From: Octopus vulgaris
Lineage: Eukaryota
Assembly (NCBI GenBank): GCA_951406725.2
Contig: OX597833.1
Location: 44,764,001-44,828,000 of the forward strand
Length of the DNA: 64,000 nt
Reading direction: 5' to 3'
In this document: one piece after another, positions 45,226-55,400 of the stretch
Position numbering within the stretch: the first letter of the stretch is position 1
Layout: every line of letters begins with the position of its first letter
Program-made: the position numbers and the translations under genes
The notes under the pieces: generated by a model
What the model was told of the DNA's origin: nothing
The model's database searches: none
Seen by the model: only the letters and a program-made list of their open reading frames with translations

Positions 45226-48200
45226 CTATATTGGTATGTTATATGCATAACTAATTACAAAATTGAGAAATCTAGATCTCAAGTTGCGTTTTAACTGGAT
45301 GACCACAGACAATTAAAAAGAGAAAGCATTTTATAAACAAATTCCATTTTTATTGTGCAATGTCTTCTATTTAATTTTTTCTTAAACTTTAATTTTTCCA
45401 CGTTTTTCTGCAGGAAATTGTAACCCAGCAATTACTGGCTGAAATTGCAGCTGTTAAGAAGGACATGATCATTCTTGAGAAAAGTGAATTCTCAAACCTA
45501 CGCAATATAACAGAAGTAAGGTTTTTTTTTTTTTTTTACAAAATAATTCAAGAAATTTTAAGATAGCCACCTGTATACCATATTTAATGTAAATACACTA
45601 TTGAAAGGCCAGTCACTGCAGTGACATCTCTTATGGACATGCTGTGTTAAAAATACAGATATCAGACAGGAAACGAAAATTCATCCACCAGTGGCCAGCA
45701 AGAACACATGTGCATTTCGGTCTTTTTCCTAGCATTCTCAATGATGCATGCTCGCAGCCAGCCACATGCTCAGACAAGAGTTCATTGGCTGTGATATAGG
45801 AAACAGTGAATAAAACATTCACTGATGTTGCAAATACCTGCCCGGTTGAATAAAAAATCTTGCATACAAAATTGAAGCAGTATTAAATTTAAATAGCCAT
45901 CTACATATCACACCTAAAGTGTACACACCATTGACAGGCCAGTTATTGTGCTATTTGTCCTGAGATAATTTCTTATGGCAGTGCTGTGTTAAAAACATAA
46001 TAAATATCAGGGTGAGACGACAACTCATCCCATGCAGAAAAATATTTCTTAATCTTTTTAAGCTTATTTGGAAGTTAATAATTTTTAAACAATCACTACA
46101 TATAATCATTTGCATGAAACAATGTTGTTCATATGTAAAGAATTATTACAGCTTGTCCACAGGCTTTCAATTTTGTTGTTTTCTCTCGTTAAAAGCATTA
46201 TATTTGAAGCATCATGAATAAACAACAACAGGCAGTATAAGTTTAAATAGAATTTGTGATTAATAAGGAAAATCATTTGTAGAATTTTAAGGGGATAAAA
46301 ATGAGAATTTTATCATCTTCATTTGATGTCTACCTTCCACACTGGCATTGGTTGGATGGTTCTGCAGGATCTAGTATGTCAGGTCCCAATCTCTGTAAAA
46401 TGGTTTTTAACGCCAACCACTTTGCTGAGTATATTGGGTACTTTTTCATGGTACCAGCTTTAGTGATATTACATTGAAACTTACGGGCCTAAAGTAGCCC
46501 TTATAGCTGAAGGAGAATAGGAGAGCGGTAGGGTACAATGATTCTGTATTGGTTTAAGAGGGATGGTAATGTAAATTTATATATATATATACACACACAC
46601 ATACATACACACTGTCATAGTGTATAAGAAGGCTAATTTAAATATTTTTACATTTAAACATTAAAAATTACTAGAAGCAACCTACACATAACAGGCATTA
46701 AGCTAATGAAGTTTTATATGGATATTCATGTTAATACATAAATTATCAGTGGTTCCCACCATGAGGCATATGCCCCTCCAGTGAGGGAGAGGAAAATCGT
46801 GGTGGAGCATGGGACCCAAAACTTTTTTTTTTTTTAGTGGTACATGGAATTGTGGGAATCTTTTTTTACAGCAAACAAACTACACATATACTCAGCCTAA
46901 CAAAACCAATCCCCCCAACCAAACATCTCTATGAAGACTGTTTGCTACAGTATAGCACTAATACTAATGTCATGGCTGAAGCTAACAAAATTGTCTCCTC
47001 AAATCAAGGAAATCTGCTGTGGTTGCCAGGCACAAGGCTCTCAAAGTGATTCACTTCTTTATTTCTTAGTCAATAATGTACTTTTTTTTTGTACTCAGTA
47101 CATTACTTTTTATGAAATAATTATGATAAAATATTAAAAATAGAGTTGGGGTTTTTTTTTCCAACCACTGGAGGGACATACATTTTTCTGGAAAGTTATA
47201 GTGAGGCCCACAGGAAAATAGGTTGGGAAATAATGATTTAAATATTTAGCTGTATACATTGTATGAAAGACAGACAGACAGAGATTTCAATACACTTGTA
47301 CAATTCAGCTGTTGCAGAGATAATTTTGATTTAAATGATTTAGGAATAAGGTTGCTTTTCTTCAATTTTTTACTCAAAACAGTCATTTTCATAAACATCC
47401 AATCATTTTATAATCCCCAATATGTCAATGGCTTGCTAACTTTTTGCATTTTAAATCTCCTTAATTTATATTTTCTCTCTAACCAGCAGGAAAACTTAAT
47501 AAATTAAAATGTTTCTGTTTTAGTGTTATGTAAAAGGCAAACAGTTTCTTTGGTTACCTTAATAGTTTTTTGGGGGGTTTTTTAATCTTCTTTTCAGAAA
47601 CAGAGTAGAGATATATTGCAACTAAAGGATACTGTAAGAGATGAAGTGTCTAAATTGGAAGGGAAAATCTTACTGGATGTAAATCTTGAAAGAGGCCGTA
47701 CCAACGAAGAGGTATGTGTTTGGCTATTCTATATGCAACACTGAATAATAGAAATAGCATTTTGGGATTAATCCTAAAACATTTTGTATTTATAGTAATG
47801 TGTTGTTGAAGTAAGAAAAAAACTTAAATATTACATTTGAAGTTAATAACCTGCAACAATTGCTATAAAATCATTTTATTTTTAAATTTCAAGTTTGCTG
47901 ATAAAGAAACCCAAATTTCGAATATCAATAATAAAATTGATACAAAAATTGCTGATCTCCGCACAACATTTGAGCAACACAGAAATGATGTCCTGAAATA
48001 TGCTGGAGGTAGGTTCATTGCTTTATGGTGAGAATACCTATAAGCTGTTATGCTGCATGTGGGAAGTTAGGGAGATATGCAGAAGACTTTCTCTGAAAGA
48101 ATGTTTAGTTTGGTGAAGCACATCTGTCTGCTAGTCAGAACTACAAAAATAAACTTCACCTGGCTGTGTGGTAGGTAGCTTACTTACCAATCACATGGTT

Positions 48201-48922
48201 CCGGGTTCATTCCCACTGCGTGGCACCTTGGGCAAGTGTCTTCTATTATTACCTCGGGTCGACCAAAGCCTTGTGAGTGGATTTGGTAGATGGAAACTGA
48301 AAGAAGCCCATCGTGTATATATATATGTGTGTGTGTGTGTGTCCACCCAACATTGCTTGACAACAGATGGTGGTGTGTTTACGTCCCTGTAACTTAGCAG
48401 TTCAGCAAAAGAGACTGATAAAATAAGTACTAGACTTACAAAGAATAAGTTCTGGGGTCGATTTGCTCGACTAAAGGCAGTGCTCCAGCATGGCCACGGT
48501 CAAATGACTGAAACGAGCAAAAAAGAGAGTACTGCTGTTATTCAGAGTATGGAGACTGTGCCATCTGAGAATGAATTTTCTTTGTTTGGTTTCCATTTAC
48601 AGCTAGTTCAACTGGGTTATTTGAGAGTGTAGTTTCTTGATCAGACACCACAAATGCCAGTTTGTGACAATATGAACTGCTGGCTTCTCAATTTAATATC
48701 TAGTATTAAAGCATCAAAATACATGCTGTGAAATGTTACTTTTGTAGCTTCAGTGAAACTCACCTATCTGCATATTAATTTTTGTTTAGCTTTTAGATAA
48801 GTTTAAACTAGAATTGAAAATCTTGTTTTACATATTATTGTCGCCTATTTCTTTGTCTATTTCCAGGAACCATTTTCTCGTGTCTGACAATTTCTCTTGG
48901 TTTTTATCGTCTATGGTCCTGA
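18713..48922 (+). CDS. CCDC90B: CCDC90B / MCUR1-family (DUF1640) mitochondrial coiled-coil protein, spliced gene; CDS join(18713-18806, 36814-36924, 44066-44169, 45414-45515, 47598-47711, 47894-48008, 48867-48922), about 231 aa
   Basis: Translation contains ..[121 protein letters not shown]. This matches the DTHALV head, KDMxILEKSEF stalk and C-terminal TM/GFYRxW of CCDC90B/MCUR1. Phases are consistent (696 nt). Exon 1 is the least certain, and the two vertebrate paralogs cannot be told apart by eye. Confidence 0.9.
20163..20265. mobile_element. 103-bp MITE, 25-bp TIR, 8-bp TSD GAGATTTT (Merlin-like), internal TTAGGG-like motifs
   Basis: GGCGAAAGTAAAGAATACGTACACC / GGTGTACGTATTCTTTACCTTCGCC (1 mismatch); TSD at 20155-20162 and 20266-20273. 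Confidence 0.88.
20464..20626. mobile_element. 163-bp MITE, about 60-bp TIR, 8-bp TSD AAATTTTC (Merlin-like)
   Basis: GGATCTTTTCCTTTTGAAGGCCAGATTTCAACACAATTTC... with its reverse complement ending at 20626; TSD at 20456-20463 and 20627-20634. Confidence 0.9.
21755..22160 (-). mobile_element. SINE family A
   Basis: Full-length reverse match. Confidence 0.85.
22757..23200. repeat. Palindrome formed by two SINE-A 3' halves fused at their microsatellite
   Basis: 22757-22985 is the reverse complement of 22985-23200, with few mismatches. Confidence 0.85.
24417..25347. mobile_element. Tc1/mariner-derived foldback element made of two right ends
   Basis: TA-CAGGGTG...CACCCTG termini. Arms 24417-24520 plus 24920-25026 mirror 25125-25347. 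Transposase C-terminal remnant [13 protein letters not shown] / [25 protein letters not shown] at 25034-25232. Confidence 0.85.
24521..24918 (-). mobile_element. SINE family A nested in the left arm of a mariner foldback element
   Basis: Full-length reverse copy; the host arm resumes at 24920. Confidence 0.87.
25738..25930. mobile_element. Small MITE-like element with about 30-bp terminal inverted repeats
   Basis: TGTGTATATTTAAAGGGCTAAAAAAACCACT / AGTGGTTTTTTAGCCCTTTAAATATACACA. Confidence 0.65.
26045..27190. mobile_element. Probable Penelope-like terminal repeats: one inverted plus two tandem copies, with hammerhead-like cores
   Basis: Direct repeats at about 26772-26955 and 27000-27190 separated by (TA)n; reverse copy pieces at 26048-26137, 26299-26326 and 26474-26550; CTG(A/T)AGA-A-GAGC-loop-GCT(C/T)-(G/A)AAAC motifs. 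Confidence 0.55.
27828..28880. mobile_element. Two SINE-A copies, inverted tail-to-tail (27828-28202 +, 28540-28880 -)
   Basis: Both match the family A reference. Confidence 0.82.
29127..29565 (+). mobile_element. SINE family A flanked by a direct repeat of about 66 bp
   Basis: Family A head and tail; flanks at 29061-29126 and 29583-29648. Confidence 0.8.
30520..33005 (+). mobile_element. Young 5'-truncated CR1/L2-group LINE (end of APE endonuclease plus RT), one frameshift, (TAAC)n tail
   Basis: ORFs 30400..31482 (LGDFN, LDLVF, SDH endonuclease motifs) and 31457..32917 ([41 protein letters not shown]). Short 3'UTR ending in TAAC repeats at 32982-33003. Confidence 0.95.
33330..33578 (+). 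mobile_element. RTE LINE 3'-end fragment
   Basis: [13 protein letters not shown] / [31 protein letters not shown], a typical RTE ORF2 C-terminus, with a caagacaagaag tail. Confidence 0.7.
33799..34028. mobile_element. piggyBac-type MITE family 1
   Basis: TTAA-CCCTTTTGATAC...GTAACGAAAGGG-TTAA. Confidence 0.88.
35308..35880 (+). mobile_element. SINE B head-to-tail trimer
   Basis: Three B-boxes (near 35348, 35537, 35720) and three tails (near 35478, 35695, 35878). Confidence 0.82.
36499..36549. repeat. (TA)n microsatellite
   Basis: About 25 perfect TA units; similar tracts at 26137-26173 and 26955-27001. Confidence 0.95.
36814..36924 (+). CDS. CCDC90B: CCDC90B-like exon 2 (111 nt)
   Basis: ttttag|(R)[36 protein letters not shown](G)|gtacc. 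Confidence 0.9.
37145..37783 (+). mobile_element. SINE A (37145-37530) followed by SINE B (37552-37783)
   Basis: Both full length. SINE B head GGCGG.GAGCTGGCAGAA, B-box GAGTTCAAATTCC, body GCCTTTCATCCTTTCGGGGTCGAT..AAGTACCAG, tail AGCCCCTTGTGGGTAGTAAAGAAATA. Confidence 0.87.
39923..40126 (+). mobile_element. SINE B with TSD ATATTAACAAGG
   Basis: Duplication at 39913-39924 and 40126-40137. Confidence 0.85.
40537..41620 (+). mobile_element. RTE LINE 3' end: ORF2 C-terminus, long 3'UTR with hairpin tandem array, (GAT)n tail (longest copy of a family with more than 10 copies in the window)
   Basis: [24 protein letters not shown] at 40537-40610, then the array at 41039-41260, then GTTGGC(G/A)TTAGGAAGGGCATCCAGCTGTAGAAAC...AAACGATG. 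Relatives near 5670-5960, 13860-14307, 33045-33300(-), 38710-38890, 39100-39350, 42820-43351, 43517-44000(-), 50140-50778, 55810-56135, 58355-58787, 63190-63443. Confidence 0.8.
42017..42390 (-). mobile_element. SINE family A
   Basis: Reverse match to the reference copy. Confidence 0.83.
42820..44000. mobile_element. Two RTE 3'UTR-family copies in tail-to-tail inverted orientation
   Basis: + copy ends in (GAT)n at about 43351; - copy begins with (CAT)n at about 43517. Confidence 0.8.
44066..44169 (+). CDS. CCDC90B: CCDC90B-like exon 3 (104 nt)
   Basis: aacag|(G)[34 protein letters not shown]|gtaaac. Confidence 0.93.
45414..45515 (+). CDS. CCDC90B: CCDC90B-like exon 4 (102 nt)
   Basis: ctgcag|[34 protein letters not shown]|gtaagg; absent from the ORF track. 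Confidence 0.93.
47598..47711 (+). CDS. CCDC90B: CCDC90B-like exon 5 (114 nt)
   Basis: ttttcag|[38 protein letters not shown]|gtatgt. Confidence 0.9.
47894..48008 (+). CDS. CCDC90B: CCDC90B-like exon 6 (115 nt)
   Basis: ttcaag|[38 protein letters not shown](G)|gtaggt. Confidence 0.9.
48160..48530 (+). mobile_element. SINE family A in the last intron of the CCDC90B-like gene
   Basis: Match to the reference copy. Confidence 0.83.
48867..48922 (+). CDS. CCDC90B: CCDC90B-like last coding exon (transmembrane anchor)
   Basis: ttccag|(G)[17 protein letters not shown] then TGA at 48920-48922. Confidence 0.92.
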
Positions 48923-49326
48923 CCACAACTCAAAATCAATCCAACAAGAACTTACAAATCAATATATTTTTTATTTCACTGTTGAACCAAATGGAGAGAC
49001 TTGAAATTTACAAACTTCCAGTGGTCATAAGTTTGCTGAATATGAGCTTTTCTAAGAAGTTAATTAAATAGTAAAATTCCCCTCCCTTCCATTAAAAAGC
49101 TCAGGTGCACACACAGACATTCTTCTTTAGATATTTTAATTAAATAAGGCATAACCTGCTCCTTTGTCTGCAAGTTTAAGGATGGAGAAAAATTGTAATA
49201 TCACATAAAATGGTGTTTCGAGACAAAATATGGACGGATGTTTACTTAAGTCAAAAATCAACGTAGTATTTACCTAGAAGCATTTTAAGAAAGAAATGCA
49301 TCCATATCTAGAAAAAAAAATACAGA

Positions 49327-49332
49327 TTTATT
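49327..49332 (-). terminator. Candidate polyadenylation signal (AATAAA) of PDCD5
   Basis: TTTATT on the + strand about 95 nt past the PDCD5 stop. Confidence 0.5.
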
Positions 49333-49425
49333 CCTGTTTTGTTTTTTAGAATATAATTGAAGAGAAAGCAAGTGGGAAAAAAAATTAGCCAATGGTTATA
49401 AGTCCAGGTGTGAATATGAATATAA

Positions 49426-49473
49426 TTAATAGTCATCATCAGAGTCATCCATTTGAACTCTTCTTCGGTCAAA
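49426..49473 (-). CDS. PDCD5: PDCD5 last coding exon (48 nt)
   Basis: ttttcag|FDRRRVQMDDSDDDY then TAA. Confidence 0.92.
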   Translation of the reverse strand, partial: FDRRRVQMDDSDDDY

Positions 49474-52400
49474 CTGAAAATATATGGAAAAAAAAAGAAT
49501 TTGAATTTTTAATGTGAAATTATATAACACATAGGCAGATACATGTATTTAAGTTGTTATGCATTTGATAAAGTATATATTTTTAAAAAAACTGGGATCA
49601 AGGTGTTTTTGCGAATTTCTGCCATTCACCTGAATGATGCACATTTCTGCTTTCCACAAGACTGAGTAGATTAGAGTGAATCTCTAAAGCTAGAATGTCA
49701 ATCTATCACCAGTTAATTTTCCTATGGGTAGAAGTGAACCTGGCATTCTAAGAGGTTTTAAATTTGCAATGCTTATAGTAACAACTCAAACCACTATGTG
49801 GTCCCTTCAAACAGCTAGGTGGACTGAACTAAGTGACTTAGTCACGGGTATATTACAAAATGCTGGCAAAAGACTGCAAATGTCAACAAAGTACAATCCA
49901 CCATCCTCTCAACTGGTAACTTATCTTGTATTTATTGGTTATTCATCTCTTGGATATACAGATAAACGGAAAAAATACCCTATTTTATAATGTTTAATAA
50001 AAATCTGATCATAAATTGTGTTGTTATAATTTTTACGTAAGAAAATTTGCATAATTATAGCAAAGAAAGTGGTTTTGTTGATGAGTTTACAATACAACTG
50101 ACAAAAGATACAAAACTACATCTTACGATGACAAACTAAGCTGTGTGAAGAAGTGCTGCTCTCTGTGAAGGGAACCGGTGGAAGAGATAGACCCAGGAAG
50201 ACATGGGATGAGGTGATGAAGCATGATCTTCAAACATTGAGCCTCAATGACTGAGACCTGTGGCGATATGCCATGCTTGAGAAGACCAGTCAAGCCAAAT
50301 GAAATCAGTCATTGCCAATGGCCAGTTTCATGTAACTGGTACTCACACCAGTAGCACATAAAATTCACCCTTAAAACGTTGGGTAATATTCTGTGCTTGG
50401 GAAGACCTGTCAAGCCAAGTGAAATCAGTTGTAGCCAATGCCGGTGTTACATACCTGGCATCTGTGCTGGTGGCACATGAAAAGCACCCATCAAACTTTG
50501 GGCCTCAGAGAGGCTAGTGACAAGTGACCAAGACTTTTGGCAATGTACTGTGCTTGAGAAGACTTGTCAAGCCAAGTGAGATTGCAGTCATGGCTGATGC
50601 CAGTGTTCCATAACTGGCACATAAAAAGCACCCACTACACTCTTCGAGTGGCTGGCATTAGGAAAGACATCCAGCTGTAGAAGCCATGCCAAATCAGATT
50701 GAAACATGGTGCAGCTTACCAGTTTTCAGTCAAGCCATCCAACCCATGCCAGCATGGAAAACAGACGTTAAATGATGGTTTCACAAAAAAAGAATATTTG
50801 AATATTAAATAATACATATTTTTACAAAACATTTAAAAAGCTTGTCAAACTTAGTTTAACTATCATCATAATTAACTCAAGACATTTTTAATCTTTTTCC
50901 CATTTCAATTACTAGCAATCAGTATATCCACACCACATATGCAGAATGTCTTTAAGTTCTATTTTCTTCAACAGCTTGACACTTTTTATACAATCTACTT
51001 TAAGAATGAAAAACTAATAAGCTAGATGAAGATCTTAACTACATAAAGGCTCTATTTTACCTCATCACATCATTTTCTTTTTTTTTTTTTTTTTTTTTTT
51101 TAATGAATGAACTGTGTTGATGTAAGCTACTAGACTTTTGTGATTAACCTAACAAAATTCATTTTATCAAGAACATCTAGTTACGGTAGATCAGATATGT
51201 TGAGCCAAAGCTTGGGAAAATATTCAACTGTTATATTCTTTTACTGGTTTCAGTCAATGACTGCAAGCATGACGGGACACCAACGTCTAGGGTTTTAGCT
51301 GAACATCAACATTTATCATCAGTTTTCCATGCTGGCATGGATTGGACAGTTTAACAGGGATTGCACCAAGTTCCAAGGTCTGTTTTAGCTTGGCTTCTTC
51401 AGCTGGATGCCCTTCCTAATACCAACCAGTCTACAGAGTATACGGGGTAATTTTTACATGGCCCCATCGCCACTGAGCTTAATACTTATTTTCACAAACC
51501 TTTTAGCAAAGTACTAAACCTTCCCCCCCCCCGTTTTGTATCATAAAGGGACACTACTATACACACACACACAAAGGGGTTTCATCAAACCAAGATTTGT
51601 ATGGATGTGAAGCACTTTTTAATTAAAAAAAAAATTATTACCTTTACTGTTGTTTTCCGCTGCGTTTGCTCACTAACTTGTTCCAATAGACTAATTAGAT
51701 GGTTTTCACTAAGCTGCAAATAGAAACAGGAAGATAATTATCTGCTCAGCCAAAAATAATTGTAAATTAAATAGTATGAAAAACAAAAATATTTTGCTTG
51801 ATGTAAAGCTAATTTTTTCAATTAACCCTTTCGTTACTGTATTTATTTTGAGATGCTCTGTGTTTCTTTCAATTATTTTAAATATAACAAAGAATTTAGT
51901 AAAATAACTTAGTTATCATTAAGCTAGTGTTAGAAACATTAATTGTGACTAAGGTTTGGTAGAAGATTTTGATTTCAAAACTTATGAAAACAAGACATTA
52001 GTACTACAGAGCAAGAGCTGGTTTCAGTAGGGTTGGTAACAAAGGAGTTAAACAACTATATTTTTCCTTGTGAAACTAGATTTAAGCCAACTTCAGTGCA
52101 TTACTGGTTCTTTTTATTGTTTTCATGTAAAAATGAATGACAAAGTTGGGATTTAGCCCAGGTCATAGGACAAATTTAAATATTGTAATGTGTTTTAGTT
52201 AGCATCATCTTATTCATTCTACCAATTCAACATCCTTTTATATGTAACTTACAAACACATGAGTAAAGGAAAGTCTTTATCTAACTATTACCTTAGCACT
52301 GAACTGATAATTAGCTAGTATTTGTGTTACAACAAACTTACTGAAATATAAATGAAAGGAAAAATATCCAAAAGTAATTATTATTAACCCTTACATTTTA

Positions 52401-55400
52401 AACTCTTCAAAAAGTAGTTTAATATACGAGATGGTCATTTGTCTCGCTAGAAATAGCTAATTTCCCCTCAAGCCAAATCTTACTGACTTTACAAACAAGG
52501 ACATTTGATAATGTAATCCTAGATTACAGTCTGAAAAGACAGGGTGGTCACAAGCAGAATGTCTTTGATCATAAATCTATTCAATCAAAGTTGACTGGGC
52601 TGACCTGAGGTTAAACAAACACAAAAAAAAATTTAATCAGAACTGAAACGAGAAAAATGCAAAGACAAATACCAGATATGGGTTCTGTACACTAGGTGAG
52701 TGGTTCTCTCAACTTCCCCCAGAAGAAGCACTGGGATTGTTTAACCCTTTTGTTACTAACCCAGCCAAAACTGGCTCTGGCTCTGTGGTAAAATGTCGTG
52801 TTTTCATAAGTTTTGAATTAAAATATTCCACCAAGCCTTAGTCACAATTTACGTTCCTAACACTAGCTGAATGATAACTAAGTTATTTTACTAAACTCTT
52901 TGTTATATTTAAAATAATTGAAAGAAACACAGAGCATCTCAAAATAAATACAGTAACAAATGGGTTAACAAAGTACTCCTAATAAGTGAAGTAATTATTA
53001 CTTTATCAACATTCCCCCACCAATTATTCTTCTTCAATGATGTGTAAGATTAAAGCAGAGATGGCCAGAAAAAATGGTTGAAGATCAATCAAACTGCTCA
53101 ATGTAGCAGCCCAAATTTCCAAATAGATGCAAATTTTAGGACATGACCCACATTATGTACAAGATACCTACAACTAGTAACAAACATATTGCTGTCGCTC
53201 TGTCAATTACAATGAAGAGGGTTCCAGTTGATCCAATCAACAGAACAGCCTGCTCGTGAAATTAACGTGCAAGTGGCTGAGCACTCCACAGACATGGGTA
53301 CCCTTAACATAGTTCTCAGAGAGATTCAGTGTGACACAGTGTGAGACCCTTTGAAATACAGGTACTACTCATTTTTCTAATTCCCCAAATGTCATCGAAA
53401 CCAGAAACCATCTAAAGTCTATATCACTAGCTTACCACCGTTCTCCATCCCAGTCACTGAAGATCCAACTCATAGCTGCCAAGAAGAATCTTGATGAGGC
53501 TTACTTGAACGCCGAGGTCGACTTTATCAATGGCAAAATTAGTAAACTATCCAAAGAGCACATTAGTAAAAAACACCATCTCGCCTGGAAATCCATCAAA
53601 GACCTATCAGGCAAAAATTCTGGGTCATCAATTAGAATTAAAGGGGGATCAGCTAAGAAGTGTTTACAAAATTGGTCAACCCATTTTAAAAACCTCCTTG
53701 GGAAGAATGCCAAAGTCCCTGATAACCCCACTCTTCCAAGTGTGCCTATATCAGACACACTGGGCATCAACACCTCCCCTTTTACCATATTTGAACTAAC
53801 AGCAGCCACCAAGCAACTAAAAGCCTCGAAAGCATTTGGTCCCGACAGCATCCCAGCTATAATTTGGAAGGATGATAGATTTCACACACTTTTGCTCAAC
53901 CTCTGCAACCACACACTTTCCACCTTTGTCGCTCCAAAGATTTGGCACAAATCTCAAATTATTCCAATACCCAAAAAAGGCTATTTATCCCTCGTCACCA
54001 ACTACAGGGGTATATCTCTAATGTCAATTGCTGCAAAACTGTACAACAAACTGATCCTAAATCATCTTGTCCTTTTTGTTGAACCTTTGCTCCAAAAGAA
54101 CCAAAATGGATTCAGACATGGGCGCTCAACGCTGAGCCAGATACTATGCCTACGCAGACTTATTGAAGAATCAAAAGCATTTAACCGCGATCTTGCAATG
54201 GTATTTGTAGACTTTTCTAAAGCGTTCGATTCTGTAGATAGGTACAAGATGTTTGAAATCCTTAAGCTCTATGGGATACCAGACAAAATCATTTCTGCCA
54301 TCAAGGTCCTCTACACAGATACGTCTTCAACCATCTTAACCCCTGACGGAGAAACATCATCTTTCTCAATCAAAGCCGGAATACTGCAGGGAGACACACT
54401 CGCCCCATTTCTTTTCATCATTGTTGTTGATTATGTGCTACGTATGTCAGTTGATACCATCTCTGGCAAGGACTTTGAAATAAAACCAAGAAGTTCCAGA
54501 CACCCAGCTGAGTACTTGACAGACACTGACTTTGCTGACGACATCGCTCTTATCAGTGATTCTCTCTCCAATGCCCAGTCTCTTTTACAATCTCTTGAAC
54601 AAGCCTCAAATTGTGTAGGTCTTTACCTCAATAAGGCCAAAACTGAATACATAAACAAGTGCCTGTCCAACAGTGATTGCATCATCCATACTCTCAACAA
54701 TGCGACCTTAAATATGGTTTCTGATTATAAATATCTTGGGTCATACATATCATCATCTTGGTCATCAAATCTAAGTAGAGACTTCAAACTTGAAATTTTC
54801 AAAGCCAAGTCGAACCAATTCTACTATATGGCTCAGAAACCTGGACGTTATCAAAGAAGCTTGAGAGGCGGTTGGATGGAACCTACACTCGCCTCCTTAT
54901 GAAAGCTCAAAATCTCTCGTGGAAGCGCCATCCAACCAAAATGCAAATATATGGGAAACTACCACCTGTGTCATCTCTTGTGAAAGGTAGGAGAGTCCAG
55001 TTTGCTGGACATTGTTGTAGAGCTGAAAAAGAAGTAATTTCTACTCTTCTCCTCTGGAAGCCATCTACTCGCAATACCAGAGGGCGCACACTCTCCTACC
55101 CTGATGTAATCTCCAGGGATACAGGCATCTAGCAACAGGACCTCCGTAATGCCATGATGGACCGTGAAGTCTGGCGTAGCATGGTAAATTCCATTGTCTC
55201 AACCACGGTCGAACAATGATGATGAATGACTCATTTTTGCCAGCTGAGTGGACTGGAGCAACATGAAATAAAGTGTCTTGCTCAAGTACAACATCATCAC
55301 TGGGAATTGAACTCACAACCTTGCGATCATGAGCCGAATGCCCTAACCACTAAGCCACGTACCTTCACTTTACACACACAGTTAAGTACAAACACAAACC

